Positions 13,580-27,058 of a DNA stretch of 64,000 bases are shown here, in pieces. The notes under the pieces were generated by a model. That model was not told the DNA's origin. It did not search any database and was given only the letters and a program-made list of their open reading frames with translations. The translations under genes and the position numbers were made by a program. Origin of the DNA: Eledone cirrhosa (Eukaryota). The DNA is taken from the NCBI GenBank assembly GCA_964016885.1, contig OZ024748.1:806001-870000 (forward strand), given 5' to 3'. Every line of letters starts with the position of its first letter. Within the stretch, counting starts at the first letter, position 1.

Positions 13580-15298
13580 ACATGAAAGTAACAGAAAGTA
13601 ACAGAAAGAGTTATAGCACAGCTGATTAGGGACCGGGTGAATATAGACGAGATGCAATTTGGGTTTGTACCAGGGAAAGGCACCACTGATGCGCTCTTCC
13701 TTGTGAGGCAATTACAGGAAAAGTACCTAGCTAAAAGTAAGCCACTCTACTTGGCATTTGTCGACCTTGAGAAAGCCTTTGACAGAGTTCCACGTGCAGT
13801 AATCTGGTGGGCTCTTAGAAAACTAGGAGTAGATGAATGGCTTGTGAAAGCGGTACAAGCCATGTATAGGGGAGCAGTCAGCAAAGTTAGGATTGGCAAT
13901 GAGTATAGCGAGGAATTTAGCGTACAGGTTGGGGTCCACCAGGGCTCTGTTCTTAGCCCTCTCCTGTTCATCATAGTCCTGCAGGCAATAACGGAGGAGT
14001 TTAAGACCGGATGCCCATGGGAACTCCTGTATGCTGATGACCTCGCACTCATAGCTGAATCTATGGTAGAACTAGAGAATAAATTCCAAACCTGGAAGCA
14101 GGGACTAGAGAGAAAGGGCCTCAAAGTCAACATGACAAAGACTAAGGTCCTTATAAGTAGACGAGAAAACAGAACCCAGATCCCCTCAGGGAAATGGCCT
14201 TGCTCAGTATGTAGGAAAGGTGTAGGTAGGAACTCCATTCTTTGCCCCAAATGCAAACAATGAGTACACAAGAGATGTAGCGGGATCTCAGGAAGCTTAA
14301 TTAAGAATGTAGGATTCACATGCAGCAGCTGTGCTGAAACAGCAAGCAAACAGCCACAGGAAACAAGTACCACCAATCTCTGGGAGGGCCCTGTAGAAAC
14401 AGTAGACAGCTTCTGCTACCTAGGTGACCGAATTAGCAACGGAGGTGGGTGCTCAGAAAGTACAATAACTAGGGTAAGAACGGGATGGAAGAAGTTTAGG
14501 GAACTACTACCACTGCTAGCTGCAAAAGGCTTCTCCCTCAGAATGAAAGGCAGACTGTATGATGCGTGTATCCGAACAGCGATGTTGCATGGTAGTGAGA
14601 CCTGGGCGCTGAAGGTGGAAGACTTACGTAGATTAGAGAGAAACGAAGCCTGCATGCTCCGATGGATGTGTAACAGTAATATACGTGAACGACAAAGCAT
14701 AAATGAATTGAGAGAGAGACTGAGCATAAGAGGAATCAAATGCTGCGTGCAGGAGAGGCGGTTACGCTGGTATGGACATGTGATGCGTATGAAGGATGAC
14801 AGCTGCATAAAAAGGTGCAGAGCACTAGAAGTTGATGGAAACCGCGGAGTGGGGAGACCCAAGATGACTTGGGATGAGGTGATAAAAGCCGACCTTACCC
14901 AACTACACCTCTCAAAGTCAATGACACACGACCGTGACTTCTGGCGTCACGCAGTAATACAGGGTACCCGACCTCCCATGGGTACATGCTGAAGCATATA
15001 AACAATATGCCCCCCCCCCCCCCCACCGCAAGGTGGTCGTGGAGGTGCCACGGCAAAAAAGCACCCAGCCCACACTGTAAAGTGGACGTGTAGGCGCCAC
15101 GAAAAAGCACCCAGCACTCACTGTAAATGAGGTTGGTGTTAGGAAGGGCATCCAGCTGTAGAAATCAAGCCAGATCAGTTCCTGTATGAGCAAGGCATGG
15201 TCAGCCGACCAGACACTGCTCACAACAGGACAACCCGTCTAACCCATGCTAGCGTGGAAGAACGGACGTAAAACGGTGATGATGATGATGATGATGAT
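13580..15298 (+). pseudogene. 5'-truncated RTE LINE family B (RT with PHD insert), disrupted
   Basis: Motifs [50 protein letters not shown]. In-frame stop at 14261; structured 3' UTR; (GAT)n tail. Confidence 0.92.
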
Positions 15299-15364
15299 AA
15301 CATATAATATATAACATATATATATATAATATATAACATATATATAACATATATATATATATAT

Positions 15365-17521
15365 ATCATCATCATCATCTTCATCATTTTACGTCCGCTT
15401 TTCCCTGCTTGCAAGGGTGGGACGGGTCTTATTCAGCACAGCATCTCTCCACTCGTCACGGTCCCTCGTCATCTCCACCGTGAGCTTCAATGATCTGAGG
15501 TCTGTTCTCACCACCTCCGCCCATGTTTTTCGTGGTCTACCTCTACCACGTCTTCCTTCAACTGGCAATTCCTGGCACTTCTTCACCCATCGGTCAACCT
15601 CCATGCGCATCACATGTCCATACCACCTCAGACTCCTCTGCCGTACACTACATTCTATCCCTCTCAGACACAGTTTCTCTCTCAACACATTTATGCTGGG
15701 TCGTTCACGCACATTTACACTGCACATCCAACGGAGCATGCTTGCCTCATTTCTCTGCAGTTGCTGCCCATGTCTCACTACCATGTAGCATCGCGCTCCT
15801 CACACAGGCATCATACAACCGTCCTTTCGTACGCAGGGAGAAACCCTTCTTCGTCAACAGAGGAAGCAGATCCCTAAACTTCTTCCAACCCGTCCTTATT
15901 CTAGATACTATGGCCTCGGAACACCCTCCTCCCATGCTAATCTGATCTCCTAGGTACCGGAAGCTATCCACCACTTCTATTGCGCCCTCCTGCATTAGAA
16001 AAATGTGTCTATCAATGCGACTTCTACTGTCTAATTTCCCTGTACATCTACTGCATACATATTTCTCCCTACCTGTTAGTTTGCCTGCTATCCCGCTACA
16101 TCTCTTGTGTACCCAGGATCTGCATTGTGTGCATTTTATAAAATTTATGCCAGTTCCTTTTATGCATATCGAACATGGCCATTTCCCTGACGGAATCAGG
16201 GTTTTGTCCTCTTTTCTACGCATCAACACTTTTGTCTTAGCTAGATTCACTCTCAGTCCTCTTGCTTCCAACTGCTGTTTCCATAGCCAGAATTTATTCT
16301 CTAGCTCCTCTACTGATTCTGCTATAAGAACCAGATCGTCAGCATAGAGAAGTTCCCATGTACAGCCAGTCTTAAACTCCTCTGTTATGGCTTGGAGGAC
16401 TATAATGAACAAGAGCGGGCTGAGGACCGAACCCTGATGTACTCCTACTTGTATCTGGAATTCCTCACTAAACTCCATTCCTACCCTGACTTTACTGAGA
16501 GTACCTCTGTACAAAGTTTGCACTGTCCTCACAAGCCATTCCTCAACACCTAGCTTCCTTAGGGACCACCAGATGACAGATCGGGGTACCCTATCAAAGG
16601 CCTTCTCTAGGTCAACAAAGGCTAAGTATAGTGGCTTATTCTTCTCTAAGAACCTCTCTTGCAATTGTCTCACCAAGAAGAGGGCATCTGTTGGACTCCT
16701 CGCAGGCACAAAACCAAACTGCATCTCATCTATTTGACCCTTTCTCTAATTAGTTGTGCTAAAATCCTTTCTGCCACTTTCATAACCTGATCTATCAGTT
16801 TTATACCCCTATAATTGCTCCTCTCCAAAGCATCCCCTTTACCTTTGTAGCAATTTATGAGAATACTGCTGCACCAGTCTTTGGGTATGACACCACCATA
16901 TATAGCCTGATTGATGATGCGTGCAACCAGTTTAGTGTCTACGTCCCCTGATGCCTTCAGCATCTCAGCAACTATTCCCGATGGTCCGGCAGCCTTACCA
17001 TTTTTCATTTCCCTAATCGCCTCTTGGACCCTATATTCGTCAATCTCAATAGCTGGTTCCTCTGTCGGATCTACCAAGGGTAATTTCTCTCTCTCCCATT
17101 TGTTCTCCACATTCATCAGTCTCCCATAATGACATTTCCAGGCCTCCTTTTTCTGATCATTCATTTATCTCCAACAACATCCTGATTTGCATTGACACAC
17201 TGCCTTGCAATGTGGAACACCGCACGCCTCTGATCTTCCCGTCGCAGAACATTGGCAAACCTCCTACTCTCTGCCTCCCTGCGTGCTAAGTACACCTGAC
17301 GTCTAGCTTCTCTCTTAGTGGCTGTATATTCTTACCTACTGCCACCCTTTTTCCAAGCCTTCCATGCTAGTCTTTTGTCTCTAATAGCCTTATCTACTGT
17401 GCTGTTCCACCACCAGGTCACTCTCTGTCTGGTTGGAGCTCTGCTCCAGCCACAAGTTTCATCAGTAGCCTGCAGCAAGTTGTCACGTAAGAAATTCCAG
17501 TTATTATCTATGTCATACGTC
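15365..17521 (-). pseudogene. 5'-truncated RTE LINE family A copy, frameshifted
   Basis: ORF pieces 15389-15784, 15747-16724 and 16730-17164 are nearly identical to ORF 35697-37445. Tail-to-tail with the family B copy. Confidence 0.92.
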
Positions 17522-17550
17522 TCTATATATATATATATATAACATATAAC

Positions 17551-17583
<33 letters not shown>

Positions 17584-17601
17584 ACATATAACACATACAT
17601 G

Positions 17602-18001
17602 TCATCATCATCATCATCATCAGGTTTAGCGTCCGTGTTCCACGGTTGCATGGGTTTGGACGGGGGTTTTCCCACTTGAGGCAAGAGTGGTTGTCTTGCT
17701 CGCATAGAACTGTCTGGTGGGTTTTCTACAGTTGGATGCCCTTCCTAACACCAACCACATTTACAGTGTGGGGCTGGGAGGTTTTTACCGTGTTGCCTAC
17801 ACGGCCACATTACAGCGTGGACTGTCTGGCGGGTTTTCTACAGCTGGATGCCCTTCCTAACACCAACCACATTTACAGTGTGGGGCTGGGAGGTTTTTAC
17901 CGTGTTGCCTACACGGCCACATTTACAGCGTGGACTGTGTGTTTTTTTGTCGTGACACCTACACGATCTCATTTGTTTCGGCCTGGATGTTGTGGGACCA
18001 A
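17602..18001 (-). mobile_element. RTE family C 3' UTR fragment with internal tandem duplication
   Basis: Matches 41265-41533; the block ctgtctgg...ggccacat is duplicated. Confidence 0.8.
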
Positions 18002-18002
18002 C

Positions 18003-18040
<38 letters not shown>

Positions 18041-18270
18041 CATATAACACATACATGTATATATATATACAACATATAACACATACATGTATGTATGTAT
18101 ATATACATATATATATACATATATATATAACATATATATATAACATATAACATATACATGTATATATATATATAATATATAACATATATATATATATATA
18201 TATATAACATATAACACATACATGTATATATATGTATAACATATAACACATACATGTATATACATATATA

Positions 18271-18314
<44 letters not shown>

Positions 18315-18590
18315 CATATAACACATACATGTATATATATATAATATATAACATATATATATGAAACATATAACACATACATATATGTATATATGTACAC
18401 ACATAATGACACATACATGCAGTTTTTAAAGTGTTGTACACTGTCTAATGACGATGTGCATTCAAGTGATTCCAAATTACATACTATAGTAATTAACTCT
18501 CTAAATATACATTAAGATAATTAGCAATATCATTAACACAGTGTGATTCACAATAAAGTGTCCCATGGATCCACATACAATATGCTTATA

Positions 18591-19171
18591 CAGTGGAACC
18601 TCGGTTCATAAACTTCATTCATTCCTGAAGGCTGTTTGTAAATTGAATCTATTTTCCTATATGAAATGTCAAGAGAGAAATACAGTGAGAGAGGCTGTGT
18701 GTGAGAGAGAGACATATAGATATCATCATAGTAACTAACTACACAGCATTTGACACTTTCCCACCGATATGTGTGACAGCTCACACCTATGCAGGTTTAG
18801 CTGGCCTCCTCCAAGGTATATCTCATTGGAGGTGTCTTGGTTGATTTAATGATAGGGACCCCAGTCCTATCATCTCATTTCTACAGTTGAGTAAACTGGA
18901 GCAACGTGAAATAAAGTGTCTTGCTCAAGGAAACAACACATCAACCGGTCCGAGAATTGAACTCACAACCTTTCGATTGCAAGCCCAATGTTCTAACCAC
19001 TAATACTCCCAGCTTGTTCACCGATACTCCCAGCTTGTTGCCAATAGTTGCCAAATTGCATGTTTGTTACTTGAGACACCATTTGTCACTTGAGATGTTT
19101 TATGTTCGGAAAAATTGTTCATGAACTGATTTGTTTGTGATGAGAGGCATTCGTGAACTGAGGTCCCACTG
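18591..19171. mobile_element. Tigger/pogo-type MITE containing a nested SINE (~18720-19002, minus strand)
   Basis: TA|CAGTGGAACCTCGGTTCA ... TGAACTGAGGTCCCACTG|TA. The nested SINE shares the head of the 8747 SINE but has a different tail. Confidence 0.8.
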
Positions 19172-19569
19172 TATTTAATACTTTGTTATAACGTTGGCAC
19201 TAGACCAACAGTTTTGGTTGTAGGGGAAAGTCAATTGGATCAACCCCAGAACTCAATTGGTACTTTTTATATTATGGGCTCTCAAAGGATGAAAGGCAAA
19301 GTTGGCTTCAGTGGCATTTGAACTGAGAATGTAAAGGGCCTTAACTAAATGTTGTAAAATATGTTTGATGCTGTAATGATCCTGCCAAAATATGAATCCC
19401 TGTCTGTGTGTTCAGAAAATAACTCTGGGCTCCTAACAAATTATACAGTTTTGGAATCAACATATTCCCTGAAGTATTTTCACAACCAGTGTGTTGATGG
19501 CAACCACTACACACTCACACACACATATATACAGACTATCCCTTCTTTGACATCTTTAAGACAGACATT

Positions 19570-19653
19570 TTTCTCTGATGAGTCTTATAAGAGCATCCTA
19601 TATGTCTACCTTCTGTATTGTAAATGTACTTAAAGACGAAACACTGTAAGAAA
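19570..19653 (+). ncRNA. Type-I hammerhead ribozyme motif with large loop II
   Basis: tttct-CTGATGA-GTCTT...(46 nt)...AAGAC-GAAAC-act-GTA-agaaa: canonical core, G10.1-C11.1 pair, minimal stem III. Confidence 0.75.
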
Positions 19654-19782
19654 TAAATTTTGTTTTTAAATGTCTTGCTTTCTCCACCATATATTTCTGC
19701 TTATACATATATATATATATATATATATAGTAATAATAATAAATCTGTTATTTTAATAAATATATATATATATATATAATAA

Positions 19783-19973
19783 TTGTTTCTACTTTTTGGC
19801 ACAAGGCCAGCAAATACCCAGTACATTACTGGTACTTTATTTTATCAACCCCCGTAAGGATGAAAGGCAAAGTTAACCTTGGCACGATTTGAACTCAGAA
19901 TGGTAAGGGCTGTAACTCCATGCGTCAAAGCATGGCGTCCGACCCTCTACTGATACTGCCAATCCATCGCCCT
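19783..19973 (-). mobile_element. tRNA-derived SINE with Nin/Deu-like core, near full length
   Basis: Box A tggcagtatcag, box B gagttcaaatc, gcctttcatcc..ggggttgataaaataaagtaccag core. Further copies at ~19190-19390, 23772-23943, 24949-25165, 30352-30480. Confidence 0.8.
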
Positions 19974-20097
19974 TATATATATATATATATATAATAATAA
20001 TACTTGCATACATATATATATACTAATAGAAAACTGCCCGGAAGATAGAATTTTTGCTAGTGTATAATAAACATACATTTAGTATTGTTGTATGTTA

Positions 20098-20561
20098 TAT
20101 CACAGCTATCCCAGTATCTGTGTAGGAGCTGTATATATGTGTACTTCAGAGTTATTACTTATCATCTGCACTTATGCAGATATACTGAAATATGTAAGAA
20201 AGTAAAGTCTTATGGATTTTATAAAGAAACTAATTTTTGTTAAAAGCTTATTTACATAGAATGCAAGCTTGACTGGCTAGAATTAATTAGCTAACTCCAC
20301 ATGATTCATAACAATCACTTATTATACAAAAGTGTTTATAAAGCCATATACACTACATGGTGTATATGGCTTTATATACACTTTTGATGTGAATCATGCT
20401 GTGTTAGTGCTGTTGCTAATTAATATCAGATGGTGAAACTTGTACAATATGGAAATAAGAATTAGTTTCTTTACAAAGTTTATAAGAGTGCTGACAATGA
20501 GTAATAACTCTGAAATACGCATATAAACTGCTTATTACACTGATAACATGGCAGCTGTGAT
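20098..20561. mobile_element. Degenerate foldback MITE (~460 bp imperfect palindrome)
   Basis: Mirror pairs tatcacagct/agctgtgata and ttcagagttattact/agtaataactctgaa; central hairpin aaagccatatacac/gtgtatatggcttt. Confidence 0.75.
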
Positions 20562-22059
20562 ATGATTACAGCTTAAAGTGGTCACTAGCAAGACTACATA
20601 TCATATTTATTGTATACTCTTTTACCTGTTCCAGCCATCCGGCTGAGGCCATGCTGGGGCACCGCCCTTGTATGTAAACATATTGTATATACACTTTTAT
20701 TTAGATAATTAATTGTTTCACATATAATGCTCACTGTTATATTGGACTTGATAATGTAGCCAAAACCACTACACAGTGTAGTGATATATCACTATCAGCT
20801 TCAAAATGCAATGCTCTTCTGTTATTTTTGATAATTAACTGTTTTGACACCAATCTCTCTGAAATTGCCTGTTTCATTGATATAACACTGACCATTTTTA
20901 AAGTGCTCATACTTATGTTTAAGCTGTCCACTATAATTATATGTAAAAGGTTTTTGAGTAATGTTTCAAACATCAGCTTACTAATGAAAAAGTTATTTCA
21001 CTAAATTCCCCCAATTTTTTTTCCAACATGTATTGAATCACACTATTGTATTTTCACAGAAAAGGCTTTATCTCACATAATATCCATAATATCGAATCGA
21101 TGAGATTTTGATATTATTTATTTTGAGAACAATAACTTAATGTTGGTATGAGTGGCCGGTTACGACCAGTTTGAGCAGAAAGAGGTGAGAGAATTCTGGC
21201 CGGATAGGCTGGTATAAATGCTTAAGAGTTAACCTATAGTGTTTTATGCTATATAGTCAAAAGGCCTTAGTGCTGAAAGGGTTAAACTGTCATCTGTTAG
21301 TCACATCATGCTCTATGTGAACATTTCAGATGGAGACAAATTCAAATGAATTTTCCACATTAGCTCTTTTCATACCAAACTGCCTTAAACCACTTTTTGT
21401 TGTGATAAAAACTTGCTTCAAGGTGTTTATATTTATCTAAAACCCTTCCATAAAATATTTTGAGAATTGTTAAGTTATATTCCAAATACCGATTTAATAA
21501 TAAGACAGTTATATGGTAATGAAAGGGTTAAAAAATGGATGAATGGAACAACTTTTATAAAATGCCCCCCCCCCCCCCCCTCCTCCTCCTCCCCAAAACA
21601 AAAAAAAATGAGTGTAGTTATTTAACACAATCAAAATAAATATTTGAATCTCGCTAGATAAAACTATATTAGTGAAGTGGCTACTTAAATATTTGTAATA
21701 CTTCTGAGAGACAGTGGGGGGGGGGGGGGGGTTAAGTAAAGAGTGTTAGTTTAATCCAGTGAGACATTTATGAATACTAATTTAATGATTGAAGTCATTC
21801 AAGGTCACTTTGGTGTAATCAGTAGCACAGTTGTCCGGAATACTGAGAGATAGTGTTTCAACTCTTGTGGTGTGGCCCTGTTCACTTTTTAGCATATTAG
21901 GTTACATCGTGCACCATATCCTAGCATGTCATAAACGACAACTGAAAGGATTGGCTGTTAAATAAAACTGAAGTTCTGTGCAGTCTACTTATAAAACTTG
22001 TTAAATCTATTGTATTATCAGCTATACGTATATAATATGATAAAGATCATTCATTTTGA

Positions 22060-22270
22060 ACCTTTTACTATTTACATTACTCCATATTTACTGTTATTTT
22101 CACGGTAAAGGCTTTATCTCACATAATATCGAATCTATGAGATTTTGATATTATTTATTTTGAGAACAGTACTTTAACATAAGTATGAGTAGACAGATAT
22201 GACCGGTTTGAACAGAATGAGATGAGAGAATTCTGGCCGGATACGGCTGGTTTAAATGCTAAAGGGTTAA
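22060..22270. mobile_element. piggyBac-type MITE (partial sister copy at ~21045-21232)
   Basis: Reverse-oriented copy of 23948-24168, ending taaatgctaaaggg-TTAA. Confidence 0.75.
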
Positions 22271-22629
22271 AAGAATTGAGAATTTTAATTGTTGAAATTT
22301 CTGGTGAACAGGAATATGGGATTGGCAAAGGGTGGGAGAGAGGGAGAATGATTTTATCATACTATACAACTGATGGGTTGAAACAACCAGATAAAAGTAT
22401 TGAGGAGGTAATACATTTGAGGAATACTCTCTGAATTAATGGCGTAATAATGAGAAAGTTGGAACAACAGACATTTTAAAGCCATTTACTCTGTTAAGGC
22501 AGGGGTTAGCTATGAGGCCTCAATGACATGGGGTCCCTTTGTGGCAATGTTTTAAAACCAGGTGCCCTTTCCTTTAGTTGCATTTTGTGGCATGTAGGAA
22601 TGTTAGGGTGTTAGTTAACCTGAAGCATT

Positions 22630-22812
22630 AGTTGGTTTACTGAGTGTATGGAGGGAGGGAGGGCAGCTAGTTGGTTTTACTGACTGTAGGGAGGGAGGGT
22701 AGCTAGTTGGTTTATTGACTGTAGGGAGGGAGGGCAGCTAGTTGGTTTATTGACTGTAGGGAGGGCATCTAATTGGTTTACTGACTCTATGGAGGGAGGG
22801 AGGGCATTTAGT
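22630..22812. repeat. Minisatellite ~35 bp (ggagggagggcagctagttggtttattgactgta)
   Basis: About 5 tandem copies. Confidence 0.85.
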
Positions 22813-23089
22813 TGTAGACACCATGGCAAATTGGAAAGTAACTAAACAAAACTAGACACTTTCCTGCAACCCATCTAGGAGACCATAGCTCTGATTAAGT
22901 ACTGACTGAGTCTGAAACAATACGTCCAGCCGATACCAGCCTGGGAAAATTGGTGTAAAATGACTGATGATGATGATATTACAAAAGAAACCTGCCTGGG
23001 TTATATATAGAGAGAGATTAAGCAATTTCTTTAGGGCTTTTTGATGTTTTAAACTTTGGCAACTAAAGAAACTGGAATGTAGAACAAAT

Positions 23090-23140
<51 letters not shown>

Positions 23141-23947
23141 GTATATATATGTGTTTGTGTGTGTGTGTATGTGTGGCGTTTGGGGTGAGGTGGAGTTTTT
23201 GGTTTTTTAAGAGAATCTGGTAGCAAAGATAGCAGCTTTTTTTAAATTTATTTTTTTGTTTTAGAAGAGTCAGACTGCCAGTTGACTGAGCTGTCTGTGG
23301 TTGAGTAATGGGATAAGGAGGGGGAGGTAGAGGAGGAGGCAGAGATATATTAATGTTTGATAGTTGTTACATATGCAGCTGTAACTAAATAGTAATAAAA
23401 TAAAAAAAAAAGGTGTGGCTGTGATGGTGTGGTGGTGTAGCTGATAGTAGTGGTGATGGTGGTGGTGGTATGTGTATAGTAGGGTGGTGGTGGTGGTATG
23501 GGTGTAATAATGGTGGTAGTGTAGGTGGTGGTAGTGGTGGGTGAGTTGTTTTTCTTTTTAATGAAAGTGTTTTAGTTTTCTTGAGAACAGTAGCTGCAGC
23601 TGTAGTGACTTTTAGTAATGGTTCACATCCCATTACTTTCAAAGGTTGTTTTATTGTTTGTGGTCGTTTGAGGTTTCTTCTTTGTTTTGGTAAGGTTTTG
23701 GTTTATATATTGGTTCGTTCGTTTGGTGAGGTTAGTACAGTTGTATTGTTGTTGACTAATAGAAATAATAATAATAATGGTTTCTCATTTAGGCATTACT
23801 GGTTTACTGGTGCTTTCTTTTATCGACTCCGTAGGGATGAAAGGCAAAGCTGAACCTCAGCAGGATATGAACTCAGAATGTGAAGAGACATAACTATATA
23901 CCTCAAAGCATGTTGTCCCACTGATACTGCCAATCCACTGCCCTTAA

Positions 23948-24168
23948 CCCTTTAGCATTTAAACTGGCCATATCAGGCCAGAATTTTCTTACTTCTTTCT
24001 GTTCAAACTTGCCGTAACTGGCTGCTCATACTGATTTTAAGGCATTATTCTCAGAATAAATAACATCAAAATCACATAGATTTGATATTATGTGAGACAA
24101 TTATGTAAGATAAGGCCTTTACCACAAAAATACAGTAGCATATATAGAGTAATGTAAATGCTAAAGGG
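23948..24168. mobile_element. Complete piggyBac-type MITE
   Basis: TTAA|CCCTTTAGCATTTA ... TAAATGCTAAAGGG|TTAA: 14-bp TIR and TTAA target duplication. Confidence 0.88.
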
Positions 24169-25884
24169 TTAATAATAATAATAATGATAATTTCTAATAT
24201 TGAGGCACAATATCAGCAAGTTTTGGGGAGAGGCTCAGTAGATTAAATCAGTCTAAATCTTTCTTGATTAGAAACTCCTCAGTAATACAAAAACTAATTG
24301 TAGCCTATTCTATTTCCACTTAATTGGTTATTACATAAAATATGGAGTTATGATACCTAATCTAATTAAAAGGATTTACTAATAATCTTTGGAAAAAAAA
24401 CTCATGTGTTTTTAATCTAATTTATTTGCTGTTGTAGTGTATTAACGCCATTGCTGTCAAGTAAAGACATACAACTGTCTTTTGTCAACTAGCTTTAGTT
24501 AGATGAGACATTTAAAGTATTCTCTGTAGTTGTATTAATGAGTGATGAAGGAACGTGGAAAGATGCTGTGCTGTAAAGGACCTGCCTAACTCATGCGAAA
24601 AACGGATGTAAAGCTGGTGATGATGATGATATACACTGTATATGCCTTCATTGTTGTCTTGTCTGGAGCAGTGGTTCCTAAATTTATTGTGTTGGAGAAC
24701 CATAAAATGATTTCCAAAGAATTTCAGCCCACAGATTGTTTTACAGACAATCCCCAACTCCCTAATTTTAATAGAACAAAAATATTGTTTTCAGAGAGAG
24801 AATTTATACATATTAAAAAAATCAGCATAGATTTTCTTTTTTTTTTTTCTTTTTGTGGTGTTTTTCTGGACCCACTTTTGGAAAGCTGGTCTAAGGTGGT
24901 CTCTTAACTGGTTCACAGTACTGGTTCCAGAGTCATCTAGGAAGAATCTTTATAATTATCTGTCTTGAGGGCAGTGGATTGGCAGAATTGTTAGTGACAG
25001 ACAAGATGTTTTTGTGGTATTTAGTTAAGGATCCTAACATTCTGAGTTCAAATCTTGCAGAGGTCAACTTTGCTTTTCCTCCTTCCAAGGTCAATGAAGT
25101 AAAGTATTGGTTTGTTAATAGGATCAATATTGACTTTCCTCTTCACTCGCCAATTGTTAGCCTTGTGCCTAAATTAGATGCCATAATTATCTATCCAGGC
25201 TTGTATCACAGCAGTGTCTGTATGCATAGGCAAAGGAAGATCCTTGAACACACGAATGCACTAGCAATTATCATGTGAATACTGTAGTATGTAGTGGTGT
25301 GTGTTTGTGAGGAGACTGAGTGAAGACATAGTTATAGTGAAACATGAGTCAACAACACATGCATATCTGTATGTACTGCTGTGTTACATGTAATGTAGAT
25401 GGATGATGTTGGTTGTGCTGTGTTGTATTGTCTTGGATGATGAGGAGGATGATGATGATGTTGTTGAAGAAAATATCTGAACAACATGTAGTAATTCTTC
25501 CTCAGAAATTAAACAGTAGGATGGTAATAGTAATAATAATAATAATGATAATAATAGGGTGTGATGGGTTGTTAGGTCATGTAATTCTATCCTTTCTTGG
25601 GTATCTTGATTAAACCAGCAACAATGGTGAGAAAAAGGGTCATTCTGTTCTTTCTAACAGATGATGACTCACAGGTCCTGTCTTATCTTAATGTTATGCA
25701 ACAGTGTAGATTTAGCATGCACGTTTATGTCTGTATGTGTATGTGTGTGTGTATATATATATATATGTGTGTGTATGTGTATATATATATATATATATAC
25801 ACACATATATATACATATATACACATATATACACACACATATATATACATACACACACATAAATACACACACACACACATATAT

Positions 25885-27058
25885 CCTGACAAAGACTAAG
25901 GTCCTTGTAAGTAGACGAGAAAACAGAATCCAGATCCCCTCAGGGAAATGGCCTTGCTCAGTATATAGGAAAGGTGTAGGTAGGAACTCCATTCTCTGCA
26001 CCAAATGCAAACAATGGGTACACAAGAGATGTAGCGGGCTCTCAGGAAGCTTAACTAAGAATGTAGGCTTCACATGTAACAGCTGTGCTGGGACAGCAAG
26101 CAGCAAACAGCCACAGGAAACAAGTACCACCAAACTCTGGGAGGGCTCTGTAGAAACAGTAGACAGCTTCTGCTACCTAGGTGACCGAATTAGCAGTGGA
26201 GGTGGGTGTTCAGAAAGTACAATAACCAGGGTAAAAACGGGATGGAAGAAGTTCAGGGAGCTACTGTCACTACTAGCTGCAAAAGGCTTTTCCCTCAAAA
26301 TGAAAGGCAGACTGTATGATGCGTGTATACGAACAGCAATGTTACACGGTAGTGAGACCTGGGCGTTGTCTGTAGAATACTTGCGTAGATTAGAAAGAAA
26401 CGAAGCCTGCATGCTCCGATGGATGTGTAATAGTAATATACGCGAACGGCAAAGCATAAATGAATTGAGAGAGAGACTGAGCATAAGAGGAATCAAACGC
26501 TGTGTGCAGGAGAGGCGGTTGCGCTGGTATGGACATGTGATGTGTATGAAGGATGACATCTGCATAAAAAGGTGCAGAGCACTAGACGTCAATGGAAACC
26601 GCGGAGTGGCGAGACCCAAGAAGACCTGGGATGAAGTGATAAAAGCCGACCTTACCCAATTACACCTCTCAAAGGCGATGACACACGACTGTGACCTCTG
26701 GCGTCACACAGTAATACAGAGTACCTGACTTCCCATGGGTACAAGCTGAAGCATATAGACAATATGCCCCCACACCCTCTCACTGCAAAGTGGTCGTGGA
26801 GGTGTCACGGCAAGAAAGCACCCAGCCCACACTGTAAAGTGGACGTGTAGGTGCCACGGAAAAAAGCACCTAGCACTTACTGTAAATGAGGTTGGTGTTA
26901 GGAAGGGCATCCAGCTGTAGAAATCAAGCCAAAATCAGTTCCTGTATGAGCAAGGCATGGTCAGCCGACCAGACACTGCCCACAACAGGAAAACCCGTCT
27001 AACCCATGCTAGCATGGAAGAACGGACGTAAAACGGTGATGATGATGATGATGATGAT
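25885..27058 (+). mobile_element. 5'-truncated RTE LINE family B (PHD + RT C-terminus + 3' UTR)
   Basis: Highly similar to 14135-15298. Confidence 0.9.

Noticed and set aside
13747-14862. Antisense ORFs over the RTE elements (also 15417-16347, 36467-37417, 40174-41115)
   Set aside because: Shadow frames of the RT coding sequence with no independent motifs.
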